Shown in pieces: positions 28,486 through 38,617 of a stretch of DNA of 64,000 bases. A model generated the notes under the pieces. It worked only from the letters and a program-made list of their open reading frames with translations, was not told where the DNA came from and did no database searches. Every line of letters starts with the position of its first letter. The stretch's first letter is position 1. The position numbers were made by a program, and so were the translations under genes. This stretch comes from Acidimicrobiia bacterium. Lineage in GTDB: Bacteria; Actinomycetota; Acidimicrobiia; Acidimicrobiales; Poriferisodalaceae. The stretch is from positions 80,206-144,205 of the forward strand of contig JAJEFK010000014.1 of NCBI GenBank assembly GCA_022820505.1, in the 5' to 3' direction.

Positions 28486-28519
28486 ACCAGGCGCACGAGC
28501 ACTGCTGCGCCCGGCTAGA
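28466..28519. repeat. 21-nt direct repeat (1 mismatch) offset by 33 nt, spanning two gene ends
   Basis: gcactgctgcgccTggctaga at 28466-28486 and gcactgctgcgccCggctaga at 28499-28519. Confidence 0.9.
28474..28494. terminator. Putative hairpin terminator between convergent genes
   Basis: Perfect 8-bp stem gcgcctgg/ccaggcgc with a 5-nt loop (ctaga) that contains the TAG of the upstream gene. No T-tract. Confidence 0.4.
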
Positions 28520-29135
28520 TCATCTCGCCGCGCTTGACGATCACGTGATCGCACAAGCCGTAGGCCTTCGCTTCCTCCGCAGTGAACCAACGGTCGCGCT
28601 CGGAGTCGAGCAGGATCTGCTCCACGTCCTGACCGCTGTGCAGCGCCGTGCGTTCGGCCATCAGGCGCTTGACGTAGGCCATCTGCTCGGCCTGGATGGC
28701 AATGTCCGATGCCTGGCCCCGCACGCCGCCCGACGGCTGGTGCATCATCACCCGGGCATGGGGCAGGCAATAGCGCTTGCCCGGTGCTCCCGCGGTCAGC
28801 AGGAACTGCCCCATCGAGGCCCCCAGCCCCAGGCAGACGGTGGCCACATCGCAGGCCACGAACTGCATGGTGTCGTAGATGGCCATGCCGGCGGTGACTG
28901 AACCGCCCGGGCTGTTGATGTACAGCGAGATGTCGCGGCCCCTGTCCTGACCTTCCAGGTACAGCATCTGCGCGCAGACAACGTTGGCGAGCTGATCGTC
29001 GACCTCGTCGCCCAGGAACACGATGCGGTCATCCAGCAGCCGGTTCGAGATCTGGGTCCAGCCCGACACGCCACTGGCGTCGAACGCTCGCTGCGCACCC
29101 GGCGCCGGGACGGTGATCGATGGAAGGTCGGTCAT
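28515..29135 (-). CDS. clpP: ATP-dependent Clp protease proteolytic subunit
   Basis: YINSPGGSVTAGMAIYDTMQF, GLGASMGQFLL (Ser), MMHQPSGG (His) and SERDRWF (Asp). Confidence 0.9.
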   Translation of the reverse strand: MTDLPSITVPAPGAQRAFDASGVSGWTQISNRLLDDRIVFLGDEVDDQLANVVCAQMLYLEGQDRGRDISLYINSPGGSVTAGMAIYDTMQFVACDVATVCLGLGASMGQFLLTAGAPGKRYCLPHARVMMHQPSGGVRGQASDIAIQAEQMAYVKRLMAERTALHSGQDVEQILLDSERDRWFTAEEAKAYGLCDHVIVKRGEMI

Positions 29136-29215
29136 GCGCCGCAGGCTACCGACGACGCTTTCGAGCCCAGCCCGAGTGCAACCGCCAACTGCCGCCGAGC
29201 AGGAGTGAGACGAAC

Positions 29216-29797
29216 TCAGAGTCGCGCTGCCAGCGCACGCAGGGCGCGGCCGCGGTGGCTGATCCGGTTCTTGGCTTCGGCGGTCATTTCGGCGAAGGTG
29301 AGCGGAGCTGCCTCATCGGGAACAAAGACGGGGTCGTAGCCAAACCCTCCATCGCCCCGCGGCGCCGTAGCGATCGTCCCCTCGACAACGCCATCGGCCA
29401 GGATCTCGCTGCCGTCAGGCAGCACGACCGCTACCACGGTCCGGAAACGCGCCGTCCGCTGAGGCGGCGGCACCTCGCCCAAGGCAGCCATGAGCTTGGC
29501 CAGATTGGCCACCGGGTCGGCCTCAGGCCCCGCATAGCGGGCGCTGCGCACGCCAGGGGCGCCACGCAGCGCATCCACTTCCAGCCCGGTGTCATCGGCA
29601 ATGGCCGGCTCGCCAGCCGCTGCGCACACGAACCTCGCCTTGATCAGCGCATTGTCCGCCAGCGTCTCGCCGTCTTCAGCCACATCGCCGAGTTCTGGCG
29701 GCCGCGGCACGATCTCGACAGCGGGCATCGCTTCGGTCAGCACCGCAGCGATCTCGACGGCCTTGTGCGGATTGGCAGACGCCATCACCAGCCGCAC
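29216..29797 (-). CDS. rdgB: Non-canonical purine NTP pyrophosphatase (RdgB/HAM1)
   Basis: MASANPHKAVEI..., DDTGLEVDALRGAPGVRSARYAG, GFGYDPVF and ISHRGRAL. Confidence 0.85.
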   Translation of the reverse strand: MRLVMASANPHKAVEIAAVLTEAMPAVEIVPRPPELGDVAEDGETLADNALIKARFVCAAAGEPAIADDTGLEVDALRGAPGVRSARYAGPEADPVANLAKLMAALGEVPPPQRTARFRTVVAVVLPDGSEILADGVVEGTIATAPRGDGGFGYDPVFVPDEAAPLTFAEMTAEAKNRISHRGRALRALAARL

Positions 29798-29840
29798 AGG
29801 TCAGGGCCTTCCCATCACCGACACCCTGGCGTGCCCGACG

Positions 29841-30569
29841 TCACGTCGGCGGCGTGGCCAGTGCCGTTCGCTGCAAATCGACGATCTCGCTGATGCCCGA
29901 ACGGGCCAGTGCCAGCATTGCACTGAGCTGGGCGTCGTCGAACGGATCGCCCTCGGCCGTGCCCTGCACCTCGACGTAGCGACCCTGTCCGGTCATCACG
30001 ACGTTCATGTCGACCTCGGCCCGCGAGTCCTCCTCGTATGGCAGATCGAGGCGGGCCTCGCCGTCCACGATCCCCACCGAGATGGCTGCGCACTCGTCGA
30101 CGAGCGGATGCCGGCTGATGGCGCCACTGCTGACCAGACGGGTGCATGCGTCGTGCAACGCCACGTAGCCGCCGCAGATCGAAGCGGTGCGCGTTCCCCC
30201 GTCAGCCTGCAGCACATCGCAGTCGACGGTGACCTCGCGCTCACCCAGCGCCGCCATGTCGCACACGGCCCGCAACGCCCGCCCGATCAGGCGCTCGATC
30301 TCGAGCGTGCGCCCCTTCTGCTTGCCTCGCTTCGACTCGCGGCCGACGCGCTCGCCACTCGAGCCAGGCAGCATCGCATATTCGGCGGTCACCCACCCGG
30401 TGCCCCGGCCGCGCATCCAGCGCGGCACGTCGTCGTCGATCGACACGGTGCACAGCACCCTGGTGCGCCCGAAGGACACCAGCACCGAGCCCGGTGTCTG
30501 GTCGGTGAAGTCGCGTTCGAACGTGACGGCTCGCAGCTCGCCCGGCGTCCGGCCGTCGGCGCGCGTCAC
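29841..30569 (-). CDS. rph: Ribonuclease PH
   Basis: [45 protein letters not shown] and [16 protein letters not shown]. Confidence 0.9.
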   Translation of the reverse strand: MTRADGRTPGELRAVTFERDFTDQTPGSVLVSFGRTRVLCTVSIDDDVPRWMRGRGTGWVTAEYAMLPGSSGERVGRESKRGKQKGRTLEIERLIGRALRAVCDMAALGEREVTVDCDVLQADGGTRTASICGGYVALHDACTRLVSSGAISRHPLVDECAAISVGIVDGEARLDLPYEEDSRAEVDMNVVMTGQGRYVEVQGTAEGDPFDDAQLSAMLALARSGISEIVDLQRTALATPPT

Positions 30570-30603
30570 GGCCGGGTCCGTGCATTCACGATAACCACAG
30601 TGC

Positions 30604-31353
30604 TCACGCCCAGAACGTTGCGCCGGTGCGTGCGACTGCCACGTCGCCGTTGAACACCTCGCCCGCCTCGGTCAAGTGATCCTGCGGATCCGATCCGGGC
30701 GGTACATGGGTCACCACGAGCTGGCGCGCACCGACGTCGTTGGCGTCGGCTGCCAGCCAAGCTGCGCTGACATGCGGGATCTCGGGACTGTCGGTTGCGT
30801 GCAGCAGCGTGCCCTCGCCCACCACGAGATCCGGCGACGGCCGTCCGACATCACGGCTGAGCGCAGAGAGTGCCCAGCCACGTCCTGTGTCGGACGTATA
30901 GACGATCGACTTGCCGTCGCACTCGAAGCGCATCGCCAGCGTCTCCACCGGGTGATCGGTGCGGGAGAACAGCACATCGATGTCACCGACGCGCGCCTCC
31001 GACGAATCCTTCACCATCTCCCAGCCGAAGAGATCCGAGCTGTCGCCGTACACCTCAGTGACCTCACGCACGCCTTCGGTGGCGAGCACCCGGATGTGCT
31101 CCATGCCCATGTACCACTTCGCTGCGTTGTAGATCACCGGCAGCTCCGCGCAGTGATCGGGGTGGTGATGGCTCACCAGCAGCGCATCCACCGTCTCCAG
31201 CGGCACATGGGATTGCAGGTTGGCGAAGGTGCCCGGCCCGCAGTCGACCCACAGGCTCGTGGCCTCGCTGCGCACGAGATACCCGCTGCACGACTCGCCA
31301 GCGGCGGCGTAGCTGCCCGAACAACCCAACACCGTCACCGAGAGCTTGCTCAC
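30604..31353 (-). CDS. MBL-fold metallo-hydrolase (positional and family match to Rv1339-type phosphodiesterase)
   Basis: [14 protein letters not shown] metal motif. It sits immediately upstream of rph-rdgB, as Rv1339 does in M. tuberculosis (recalled). Confidence 0.7.
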   Translation of the reverse strand: MSKLSVTVLGCSGSYAAAGESCSGYLVRSEATSLWVDCGPGTFANLQSHVPLETVDALLVSHHHPDHCAELPVIYNAAKWYMGMEHIRVLATEGVREVTEVYGDSSDLFGWEMVKDSSEARVGDIDVLFSRTDHPVETLAMRFECDGKSIVYTSDTGRGWALSALSRDVGRPSPDLVVGEGTLLHATDSPEIPHVSAAWLAADANDVGARQLVVTHVPPGSDPQDHLTEAGEVFNGDVAVARTGATFWA

Positions 31354-31413
31354 GGAGGCCGATACTACGCAGGCAGGCGAGGCTTCTCACATCGTGCCCG
31401 CCCCAGCAGAGCT

Positions 31414-32199
31414 TCAGCCGATCGGGCAGCGCGTTCCGGCCTCGAGCATCCGCAGGACACCTGCTTCGTCGAAGAGGCCGACCAGCCGCCCGCTGCCGGT
31501 CGCGAGCGATACCGAGGCCGGCTCACCGGCGGTTGCGGGGTGGAATGTGGCCGCTGGGTATGCCTCGGCGACCTCGGCACGCCCGGCGCCGACACCGATC
31601 CCCTCGGCCGTCTGCAGCATGTACGGGTCGGGTCCGAACGCTCCCAGCCGCCAGGTCATGAAATGCTCATCGCCGGCGTCACGGTGCTGGTAGCCGTCTT
31701 CGGCATTCCCGAACAGGGCCAGCAGGCCTGGCCATTCCACGGCTCGCAGCCGGCTGCCGGGACAGTCCCCGTAGATCGAGAACGTGTCGGTCCAGCCGCT
31801 GTCGGCAACCGGCTGGCCGAGCGCGCCGGTGAGCACGTCCAGGGCAGCCTGCGCGTCGGTGCCGAACGGCACGAGACCGAGGCCGTCGCTCGCGAGCACC
31901 ACGCCTTCGGGACGGGGCACTGCCGCCCCACCCAGCCGCAGGGGCGCCGTTGTCGCTGCCGCAGCGTCGACGGATGTGTCCGCATCGCCTTCAGCCGGAG
32001 CAGTCACCAGCACCGCGGCAGGTCGCTCAGATGACGTTTGCGACGGCAGCAGCGTCGTCGCGGTGACCTCGAGCGACAGGGCGACGGTGGACGGCGGAGT
32101 GGGAGCAACCCGCAGCGGCGGACCCGTGCAGGCACCGGTGACTGCCGCCAGCACCACGGTCACCACCGCCGCCCAGCAACGGGAACTGGCGCCCCTCAT
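31414..32199 (-). CDS. Putative lipoprotein, unknown function
   Basis: N-terminus MRGASSRCWAAVVTVVLAAVTGAC contains a lipobox-like LAAVTGAC. Confidence 0.55.
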   Translation of the reverse strand: MRGASSRCWAAVVTVVLAAVTGACTGPPLRVAPTPPSTVALSLEVTATTLLPSQTSSERPAAVLVTAPAEGDADTSVDAAAATTAPLRLGGAAVPRPEGVVLASDGLGLVPFGTDAQAALDVLTGALGQPVADSGWTDTFSIYGDCPGSRLRAVEWPGLLALFGNAEDGYQHRDAGDEHFMTWRLGAFGPDPYMLQTAEGIGVGAGRAEVAEAYPAATFHPATAGEPASVSLATGSGRLVGLFDEAGVLRMLEAGTRCPIG

Positions 32200-32258
32200 G
32201 CCGGCAACGGTACGACCGCGCCTCGAGCGATCAACCGCCGTATTGCCTCCCTAGGCCG

Positions 32259-33206
32259 TCAGAAGTAGATGACGTTCTCGGCTTGGGCAGCCGCAGCATC
32301 GAGATCGTCGGTCCAAGCGCCGACCGACAGGTACTTCCAGCCATGGTCGCTCACCACGAACACGATGACGCCTTCGTCGATGCGGGCAGCCGCCTTGCGT
32401 GCTCCGGCCAGCGCCGCGCCGCCCGAGATGCCCGAGAACACGCCTTCGGCCGACAGCATCCGCGTCGCTTCGATCGATTCGCGCGGGCGCACGATCATCT
32501 TGCGGTCAAGCAGATCGACGCCTCCCCATTGCTCGAAGATGGGCGGCACGTACCCGTCGTCGAGGCTGCGCAGACCCTCCACCTGCTCGCCTGCCGGAGG
32601 TTCGACCGCCCACACTTGCACTGTCGGCGAGTGCTCCTTGAGATAGCGGCCGACGCCGAGCAGCGTGCCGCTTGTGCCCAGCCCCGCCACGAAGTGTGTG
32701 ATGCCGGGAACGTCGGCGACGATCTCGGGGCCGGTGGTGCGGTAGTGCACCTCGGGATTGGCCTCGTTCCCGTACTGGTAGAGCATCGTCCAGTCGGGGT
32801 TGGCCTCGGCCAGTTCCACGGCCATTCGCACCGCGCCGTTCGAGCCCTGCTCGGCCGGGCTGGCAATGATCTCGGCACCGAAGATCTCAAGCATCTGCCG
32901 CCGCTCGGCGGTGACGTTGCCCGGCAGCACGATCTTCACGCGGTAGCCGCGGCGCTGCCCGAGCATGGCCAACGCGATGCCGGTGTTGCCGGAGGAAGGC
33001 TCGACGATCACCGAACCGCGCGCGAGCTGGCCTTCGGCCTCCGCGCGGTCCAGCATCGCCAGCGCTACCCGGTCCTTGACCGAGCCGGTCGGGTTCTGCC
33101 CTTCCAGCTTGGCGTACAGCTCCACCGACGGGTTGGGGCTGAGGCGGCTGACGTCGAGGGTGGGAGTGGCGCCGATCAGCTCGTCGACAGAGCGATAGAC
33201 GGCCAC
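32259..33206 (-). CDS. cysM: Cysteine synthase (CysM-type, PLP-dependent)
   Basis: NPTGSVKDRVALAMLD (PLP Lys) and GTSGTLLGVG. It lies directly downstream of a GG-terminated sulfur carrier. Confidence 0.85.
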   Translation of the reverse strand: MAVYRSVDELIGATPTLDVSRLSPNPSVELYAKLEGQNPTGSVKDRVALAMLDRAEAEGQLARGSVIVEPSSGNTGIALAMLGQRRGYRVKIVLPGNVTAERRQMLEIFGAEIIASPAEQGSNGAVRMAVELAEANPDWTMLYQYGNEANPEVHYRTTGPEIVADVPGITHFVAGLGTSGTLLGVGRYLKEHSPTVQVWAVEPPAGEQVEGLRSLDDGYVPPIFEQWGGVDLLDRKMIVRPRESIEATRMLSAEGVFSGISGGAALAGARKAAARIDEGVIVFVVSDHGWKYLSVGAWTDDLDAAAAQAENVIYF

Positions 33207-33248
33207 GTGCCGGCTCAGCCGTGCGTGCTGGTGCGGTGCCGAACCGGC

Positions 33249-33524
33249 TCAGCCACCGGCTACGGCCGGCAGGATCGACAGCTCGTCGCCGTCGGACAGC
33301 GCGGTATCCATCTGGGAGAGGTAGCGCACATCCTCGTCGTTGACATAGACGTTCACGAAGCGGTGCAGGCTGCCGTCTTCGGCAAGCAGGTTGGGGGCGA
33401 TGCCAGGGAACTCGCCGACCAGCCACGACACGGCTTCGGCCACGGTGCTGGCCTCGGCGTCAACCCGTGACTGCCCGTTGGCGTGGGGACGCAGGACGGT
33501 CGGCAGACGGACGGTGACAGCCAT
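33249..33524 (-). CDS. cysO: MoaD/ThiS-family sulfur carrier protein (CysO-like)
   Basis: 91 aa ending ...ILPAVAGG immediately before the stop. GGGAG Shine-Dalgarno sequence upstream of the ATG. Located 42 nt upstream of cysM. Confidence 0.75.
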   Translation of the reverse strand: MAVTVRLPTVLRPHANGQSRVDAEASTVAEAVSWLVGEFPGIAPNLLAEDGSLHRFVNVYVNDEDVRYLSQMDTALSDGDELSILPAVAGG

Positions 33525-33642
33525 CGGAGCTCCCGTTTCGGCGGCTAGCCAAATGCTGGCCAGGAACTTGCAAGCCGCCTCGGCTATTCCTGACCTGTTG
33601 ACTCAGGATTCTACGGGCCGCACCAGCCGTACCCTCGGGTGG

Positions 33643-34107
33643 GTGGAGAACAGCCGGACCGTCGTGGCGTCGAATCGCCGTGCGCGCCGCAACTACGAGG
33701 TGCTCGACACCTTTGAGTGCGGCATGGTCCTGCGCGGCACGGAGGTGAAGTCGCTGCGTGCTGGGGGCGCCCAGATGGGCGACGCCTATGCCCGTGTGCG
33801 CGACGACGAGATGTGGTTGATGGGCCTGCACATCGCCCCGTGGACCCATGCATCGCCGAACTTGGGACACGAGGTGGAACGCCCGCGCAAGCTGCTCATG
33901 CATCGGGCCGAGATCAACCGGCTGCGGGCCAAGACCGAGCAGGACCGGCTGCAGCTCATCCCGCTCGAGATCTACTTCCGCGACGGGCGGGCCAAGCTGG
34001 AGCTTGCCCTTGCCCGGGGCCGCCGGCTGTACGACAAGCGGCAGGCAATCCGCAAGCGGGAAACGGATCGCGAGGCCCGCCGCGCGCTACGCGACCGGTC
34101 TGCCTAG
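33643..34107 (+). CDS. smpB: SsrA-binding protein
   Basis: VASNRRARRNYEVLDTFECGMVLRGTEVKSLR..., LHIAPW and LLMHRAEINRL. The in-frame GTG at 33643 gives a typical product of about 154 aa. Confidence 0.9.
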   Translation: MENSRTVVASNRRARRNYEVLDTFECGMVLRGTEVKSLRAGGAQMGDAYARVRDDEMWLMGLHIAPWTHASPNLGHEVERPRKLLMHRAEINRLRAKTEQDRLQLIPLEIYFRDGRAKLELALARGRRLYDKRQAIRKRETDREARRALRDRSA

Positions 34108-34119
34108 CAACTGAGCGAC

Positions 34120-34138
34120 CGCTGCCGAGGCGGCAGCG
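34120..34138. terminator. Putative bidirectional hairpin terminator
   Basis: Stem cgctgccg/cggcagcg (8 bp) with a 3-nt loop, in the 35-bp gap between convergent smpB and the hydrolase gene, followed by ccttt. Confidence 0.45.
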
Positions 34139-34142
34139 CCTT

Positions 34143-34955
34143 TCAGGCGAAGGCAGCAGTTGCGATTCGGGCTACTGCCGCGGGCTGGTCGAAGTCGGCT
34201 TGGTGGCCGGCATCGTCCAGCAGATGCGTGCCGGCAACGTTCGGCAGCGCTTCGGCCCAGCGCTCCAGGTACGACGCCGGGATGATCCGGTCCTTGGCGC
34301 CGTGCACCAGCGTCACGAGGTTCGCTATCCGGTGCAGTCGTTCTGCCAGACCCCATTCGGGGAGCGGCCAGATCAGCTGCGCCGCGGCCGTTCGCGTGAG
34401 ATAGCGGTGCACGCCGTGCTCCACCACCATGTCAGCCGGCAGGTCGGCTGGGTCGTCGAAGAACGCCGCTGACGCCGCCGTGTCTTCGGTGAGCATCGCC
34501 CGCTGCACGCTCAGGGTGGTGCCGAAGGGGTCGGCCACCGGATCGCCGTCGTCCCAGAGGCCGAACGGCGCCACCAGCACCATCGCACCGAACGCCTCGG
34601 GCCGCACCGCCGCCAGCTCCAGCGCCAGCATGGCACCCACGCTGGAGGCCACCAGCGGTGCGCCGGCGAGCCCGGCCAGATCGACAACCTCGCTGGTCGC
34701 GACCACCCAGTCGTGCAGGGTTCGCAGCCCCTCGGGTTCGCTGGAACCGGTGAAGCCCGGCAGGCTCGGCGCCACGACACGGTGTCCCGTTGCGGCCAGC
34801 TCCTCCAGCACTGCGTGCACGCCGGGGTTGCCGAGCATCCCGTGCAGGTAACCCACGGTCGGGCCCTCGCCCAGCTCGACGATGCCGAGGTGCCCGTCCC
34901 GATACGGCAGCGTGCCCGGTGCGAAATGGCCGGCCAGCGGTGCGCCTGCGTTCAT
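34143..34955 (-). CDS. Alpha/beta hydrolase (meta-cleavage-product hydrolase-like)
   Basis: GYLHGMLGNPG and the nucleophile elbow ASSVGA. The ATG at 34955 overlaps the upstream TGA (ATGA). Confidence 0.75.
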   Translation of the reverse strand: MNAGAPLAGHFAPGTLPYRDGHLGIVELGEGPTVGYLHGMLGNPGVHAVLEELAATGHRVVAPSLPGFTGSSEPEGLRTLHDWVVATSEVVDLAGLAGAPLVASSVGAMLALELAAVRPEAFGAMVLVAPFGLWDDGDPVADPFGTTLSVQRAMLTEDTAASAAFFDDPADLPADMVVEHGVHRYLTRTAAAQLIWPLPEWGLAERLHRIANLVTLVHGAKDRIIPASYLERWAEALPNVAGTHLLDDAGHQADFDQPAAVARIATAAFA

Positions 34956-36247
34956 TGGGCGCGGCTCCCGACAGGCGCTAGTTGATGGTCGGTCTTCGGC
35001 CACCAGTGGTCCTCGTAGTCGTCCTCGAACAGGCCGGCAACCTCTGGCATCACCTTGGTGGCGTACATCTCGGTGTTCATCTTCACCAGCTCGGGATCCA
35101 TGTTGCCGAAGTGGCTGAACACCATCAGGTGGCCCACATTCATAGTGGTGGCCAGCTCGTGCACCTGCTCGGTGACCTGGGTGGGATCGCCCAGGATGAT
35201 GTAGCCCTTCTCCACCATGTCCTCGAAGCTCAGCTTCTTCGAGCCGTACGAGGGCTTGGCGCTGCCCGCCTTGGCGGCATCGGCGGCGCTGGCCTCGCGC
35301 CGGGCGGTGGCTTCCCGCGCGGCACGCTCCACCATGCCTTCCACCCCGGCGCGCACCGTGTTGGGCGTCTTGTAACCAGGCGGGTCGGCATAGCCGGCGT
35401 ACACGTGCAGGCAGGTGTTGAAGAAGTATTCAGCCGGCTCGCGGTACAGGTCCCACGCCTCGGCCTCGGTGTCGGCCACGGCGATGAACTGCGCGAAACC
35501 GCCCTGGAACGGGTTGGTCTCCTTGCCGAGCTCCTGAACCTTCTTCCAGAAGCCCTGCATGGTGCGCAGGCCGGCCTTGTAGCCGAAGTAGCTCAGGTAG
35601 CAGTACACGAGGTCCTCGGCTGCGCACCAGTCCCAGGTGTCCACCGAGCCGCCGCCGGGAATCCAGATGGGCGGGTGGGGCTGCTGCACCGGACGGGGCC
35701 AGACGTTGACGTAGCGCAGCTTGTTGTAGTTGCCGTTGAAGCTGAACACCTCGTCCGACGTCCATGCCTGGCGGATGAGATCGACGCCCTCGTGATAACG
35801 CTCGCGCAGCGTGGCCGGGTTCTGGCCGTAGGCGTAGATGGTGTCCATCGGCGAGCCCACCGGGAAGCCGGCGATCATGCGTCCGCCGGTGATCCCGTCC
35901 AGCATGGCGATCTCCTCGGCCACCCGCAGCGGCGGGTTGTACAGCGCCACCGAGTCGCCCAGCACGACGATGTTGGTGTCGGGGCAGTTGCGTGACAGTG
36001 CCGCGGCGATGATGTTCGGGCTCGGCATCAGCCCGTAGCCGTTGGAGTGGTGCTCGTTGATGCCGACGGCGTCGAACCCGCACTCGGCCGCGAACTCGAG
36101 CTGGTCGAGGTACGCGTTGTAGGTCTGGTGGCCAACGGTGGGGTCGTACAGCTTGGGGTCGATGTCGACCCAGACCGAGCGGTGCTGCTCGGGGAAGTCC
36201 GGCGGGAGCTCCGGGTACGGCATCAGGTGGAAGAAGATCGACTTCAC
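34952..36247 (-). CDS. LLM-class (luciferase-like) flavin-dependent oxidoreductase
   Basis: VKSIFFHLMPYPE...GFDAVGINEHHSNGYG. The GTG at 36247 follows AAGGAG. Confidence 0.8.
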   Translation of the reverse strand: MKSIFFHLMPYPELPPDFPEQHRSVWVDIDPKLYDPTVGHQTYNAYLDQLEFAAECGFDAVGINEHHSNGYGLMPSPNIIAAALSRNCPDTNIVVLGDSVALYNPPLRVAEEIAMLDGITGGRMIAGFPVGSPMDTIYAYGQNPATLRERYHEGVDLIRQAWTSDEVFSFNGNYNKLRYVNVWPRPVQQPHPPIWIPGGGSVDTWDWCAAEDLVYCYLSYFGYKAGLRTMQGFWKKVQELGKETNPFQGGFAQFIAVADTEAEAWDLYREPAEYFFNTCLHVYAGYADPPGYKTPNTVRAGVEGMVERAAREATARREASAADAAKAGSAKPSYGSKKLSFEDMVEKGYIILGDPTQVTEQVHELATTMNVGHLMVFSHFGNMDPELVKMNTEMYATKVMPEVAGLFEDDYEDHWWPKTDHQLAPVGSRAQ

Positions 36248-36333
36248 GGCGTGCTCCTTGCGGCTCGTCCGAAAATCTACTCCGCGTTCGACTCTGCGTT
36301 CGCATGGAGCTTTGCACCCGCTGCGGAGGCGGC

Positions 36334-37899
36334 TCAGTCCCAGTCGTGGCCCACGATGGACACGTCGTCGGGATTGACGAAGCCCGGCAGGTTCCAGCCG
36401 TCGAGGTCGTACTCGGCCATGCACTGCTCCGCGAAACCCTCGAGCGTCTCGGTGAGAGACGGCTGACCGGGAGCAGCGACGTCGGCTGCCTGCACATTCT
36501 CGTAGCGGATCTGCTCGTTGTTGCCGGCGTAGTTGCGCTCGTACAGCTCGTGGCGGCCGCCGAACTCGCTGCCCATCGCATCCCAGAGCAGCTTCATGAT
36601 CTTCATCCGCTCCAACGCCGGCATGCCATCCGATCCCCGCACATAGCGCTCCAGGTAGGGCCGGATCTCATCCGACTTGAAGTCGGCCGCGTTCGAGTTC
36701 ACGTAGATCAGGCCCGAGGCCACCACCTGCTCGACGATGTCCTTGATGCGGGGATAGAAGTACGGCGAGAACGTGCGGTAGGCCATGCCGTAGCTCCGTG
36801 ACGGCTGCACGGCGCCGTTCTCCCACGGGTCGGGAGTGCGGCACATGGCGTCGCTGAGGCCCCACATCAGGTTGCGGATGGCGATCACCTCGCCCAGGTT
36901 GGCCTGCACGCCCCGGAAGTCGCGGGTGCCGGTGGCGCGCAGCGCTTTCGACAGCAGGCCGGCGATGAAGTCCAGCTTCACGCACAGGCGGGCCAGCCCG
37001 TGGAAGGTGAACCGCGGGAGAAAGCCGACCGAGTTGAGGAACCGGTTGGCCTTCTCCACGTCGCCGTAGAGGAACACGTTCTCCCACGGGATCAGCACCT
37101 GGTCGAACACCAGGATCGAGTCGTTCTCGTCGAGCCGGCTCGACAGCGGGTAGTCGAACACGCTGCCGGTGGCGGCCGCCTGCAGCTCGTATGAGTTCCG
37201 GCAGATCAGCTTCACCCCATCCGAGTTCATCGGCGTGGTGCAGACGATCGCGAACGCAGGGTCCTGAATGGGTATCGGGCCGAACTGGGCAATGAAGTTG
37301 TAGTGCGTCAGCGCCGAGCCGGTGGCAACCACCTTGGCGCCCGACACGACGAGGCCGTTGTCGGTTTCGCGCTCGACATGCATGCACACGTCGCGCACAT
37401 GGTCCGGGCCCAGATGACGGTCGACCGGCGGATGCACGATGGCGTGGTTCCAGTACGACACTTCCTCCTGGCTGCGCTGGTACCAGTAGACGGCGTTGTC
37501 GCGGTAGTCGCCGTAGAACTCCGGCATCGCACCGAGCGTCGCCAGGAACGAGGCCTTGTAGTCGGGGCTGCGGCCCATCCACCCGTAGGTGAGCCGCTGC
37601 CAGCCGACGATGGCGTCGCGTGCGCCGACCAGATCGTCCACACTGCGCGGCACCCGGAAGAACTTGTGGGTCCTGCCTCCCGAACCCGTGTCGGTCTCGC
37701 ACGTCAGCACGTCCTGCTGGGCAGGGTCGCCAAGCGCGTCGTACAGCCGGGCGATCGAGCGCACGCTGTTGCGGAACGCCGGATGAGTGGTGACGTCGCG
37801 CACCTTCTCGCCATGGAAGTACACCGTGCGGCCGTCGCGCAGGCTCTCGATGTACTCGTCGCCGGTCATCGGCGACCGTGTCTCAGTCGACCCGCTCAT
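36334..37899 (-). CDS. HpaB-family two-component flavin monooxygenase, oxygenase subunit
   Basis: [32 protein letters not shown]... is typical of 4-hydroxyphenylacetate 3-monooxygenase-like proteins. No AbfD-type Cys cluster. Confidence 0.85.
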   Translation of the reverse strand: MSGSTETRSPMTGDEYIESLRDGRTVYFHGEKVRDVTTHPAFRNSVRSIARLYDALGDPAQQDVLTCETDTGSGGRTHKFFRVPRSVDDLVGARDAIVGWQRLTYGWMGRSPDYKASFLATLGAMPEFYGDYRDNAVYWYQRSQEEVSYWNHAIVHPPVDRHLGPDHVRDVCMHVERETDNGLVVSGAKVVATGSALTHYNFIAQFGPIPIQDPAFAIVCTTPMNSDGVKLICRNSYELQAAATGSVFDYPLSSRLDENDSILVFDQVLIPWENVFLYGDVEKANRFLNSVGFLPRFTFHGLARLCVKLDFIAGLLSKALRATGTRDFRGVQANLGEVIAIRNLMWGLSDAMCRTPDPWENGAVQPSRSYGMAYRTFSPYFYPRIKDIVEQVVASGLIYVNSNAADFKSDEIRPYLERYVRGSDGMPALERMKIMKLLWDAMGSEFGGRHELYERNYAGNNEQIRYENVQAADVAAPGQPSLTETLEGFAEQCMAEYDLDGWNLPGFVNPDDVSIVGHDWD

Positions 37900-37940
37900 C
37901 GCTTGTGCCCCCGTGCGCCTGCCTTCATCGGCCAGGCGGC

Positions 37941-38513
37941 TCAGGCTGGTGAGAAGTCGGTCTCGTAGTCGGTGTCGTCAACCAGCAGGTCTTCGGGAGG
38001 CAACCGCTTGGCGTAGTTGAGGGCACCGTTGATGTCGTGCTTCCAGACATCCTCAGGCAGCTCGTACAGCACCTCCACGCCGTAGCCGTTGGGATCGTTG
38101 ACATAAACGCTGTGGGTCATGCCGTGATCGACGCGGACGTTCATCGGCACTCCCCGCTCCTCGAGAAACTGCACCTGTTCGAGCCACGACTCCCGGTCGG
38201 GATAGGTGATCGCGATGTGGTTCACCGCGCACGCGCCCTCGACCATGCTCCATTTCTCGGGCGGCGCCGGCAGCTCCGGACGCTCCACGAGCGCTATGTC
38301 GTGGTGGTTCACGTCGTCGATGACGCCGCTGTAAAAGCGCATGTTCATGACCGGCGGCTTGCCGTCGCGCGGCTCGAGCTCGCCGACCTGCTTGAAGCCC
38401 AGCAAGTCGCACCAGAAGTGATGCGACTCCTCCATGTCGCGCACGTTCAGCACCAGGTGATTCAGGCCCCGCGGCGTGACTGCGCTCGTGCGCTTCTTGA
38501 TCGCTTCGCTCAT
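37941..38513 (-). CDS. VOC-family protein (glyoxalase/extradiol dioxygenase fold)
   Basis: [25 protein letters not shown] and a second beta-alpha-beta-beta-beta module ([10 protein letters not shown]). Confidence 0.75.
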   Translation of the reverse strand: MSEAIKKRTSAVTPRGLNHLVLNVRDMEESHHFWCDLLGFKQVGELEPRDGKPPVMNMRFYSGVIDDVNHHDIALVERPELPAPPEKWSMVEGACAVNHIAITYPDRESWLEQVQFLEERGVPMNVRVDHGMTHSVYVNDPNGYGVEVLYELPEDVWKHDINGALNYAKRLPPEDLLVDDTDYETDFSPA

Positions 38514-38617
38514 GGACTGACCGCCTTGTCGGATGTGTCGCCGGTGCCTCCAGCCGACCGCTGCTTCCTTCGCAGGAGCCTAGCCCCACCCGCATTTCGG
38601 CCTGTGGGCCGCCGAAG

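Noticed and set aside
33525-34142. tmRNA (ssrA) gene next to smpB
   Set aside because: The flanking gaps are only 118 and 35 bp. I saw no tRNA-like acceptor/T-arm (GGTTCGA-type) sequence and no tag reading frame.
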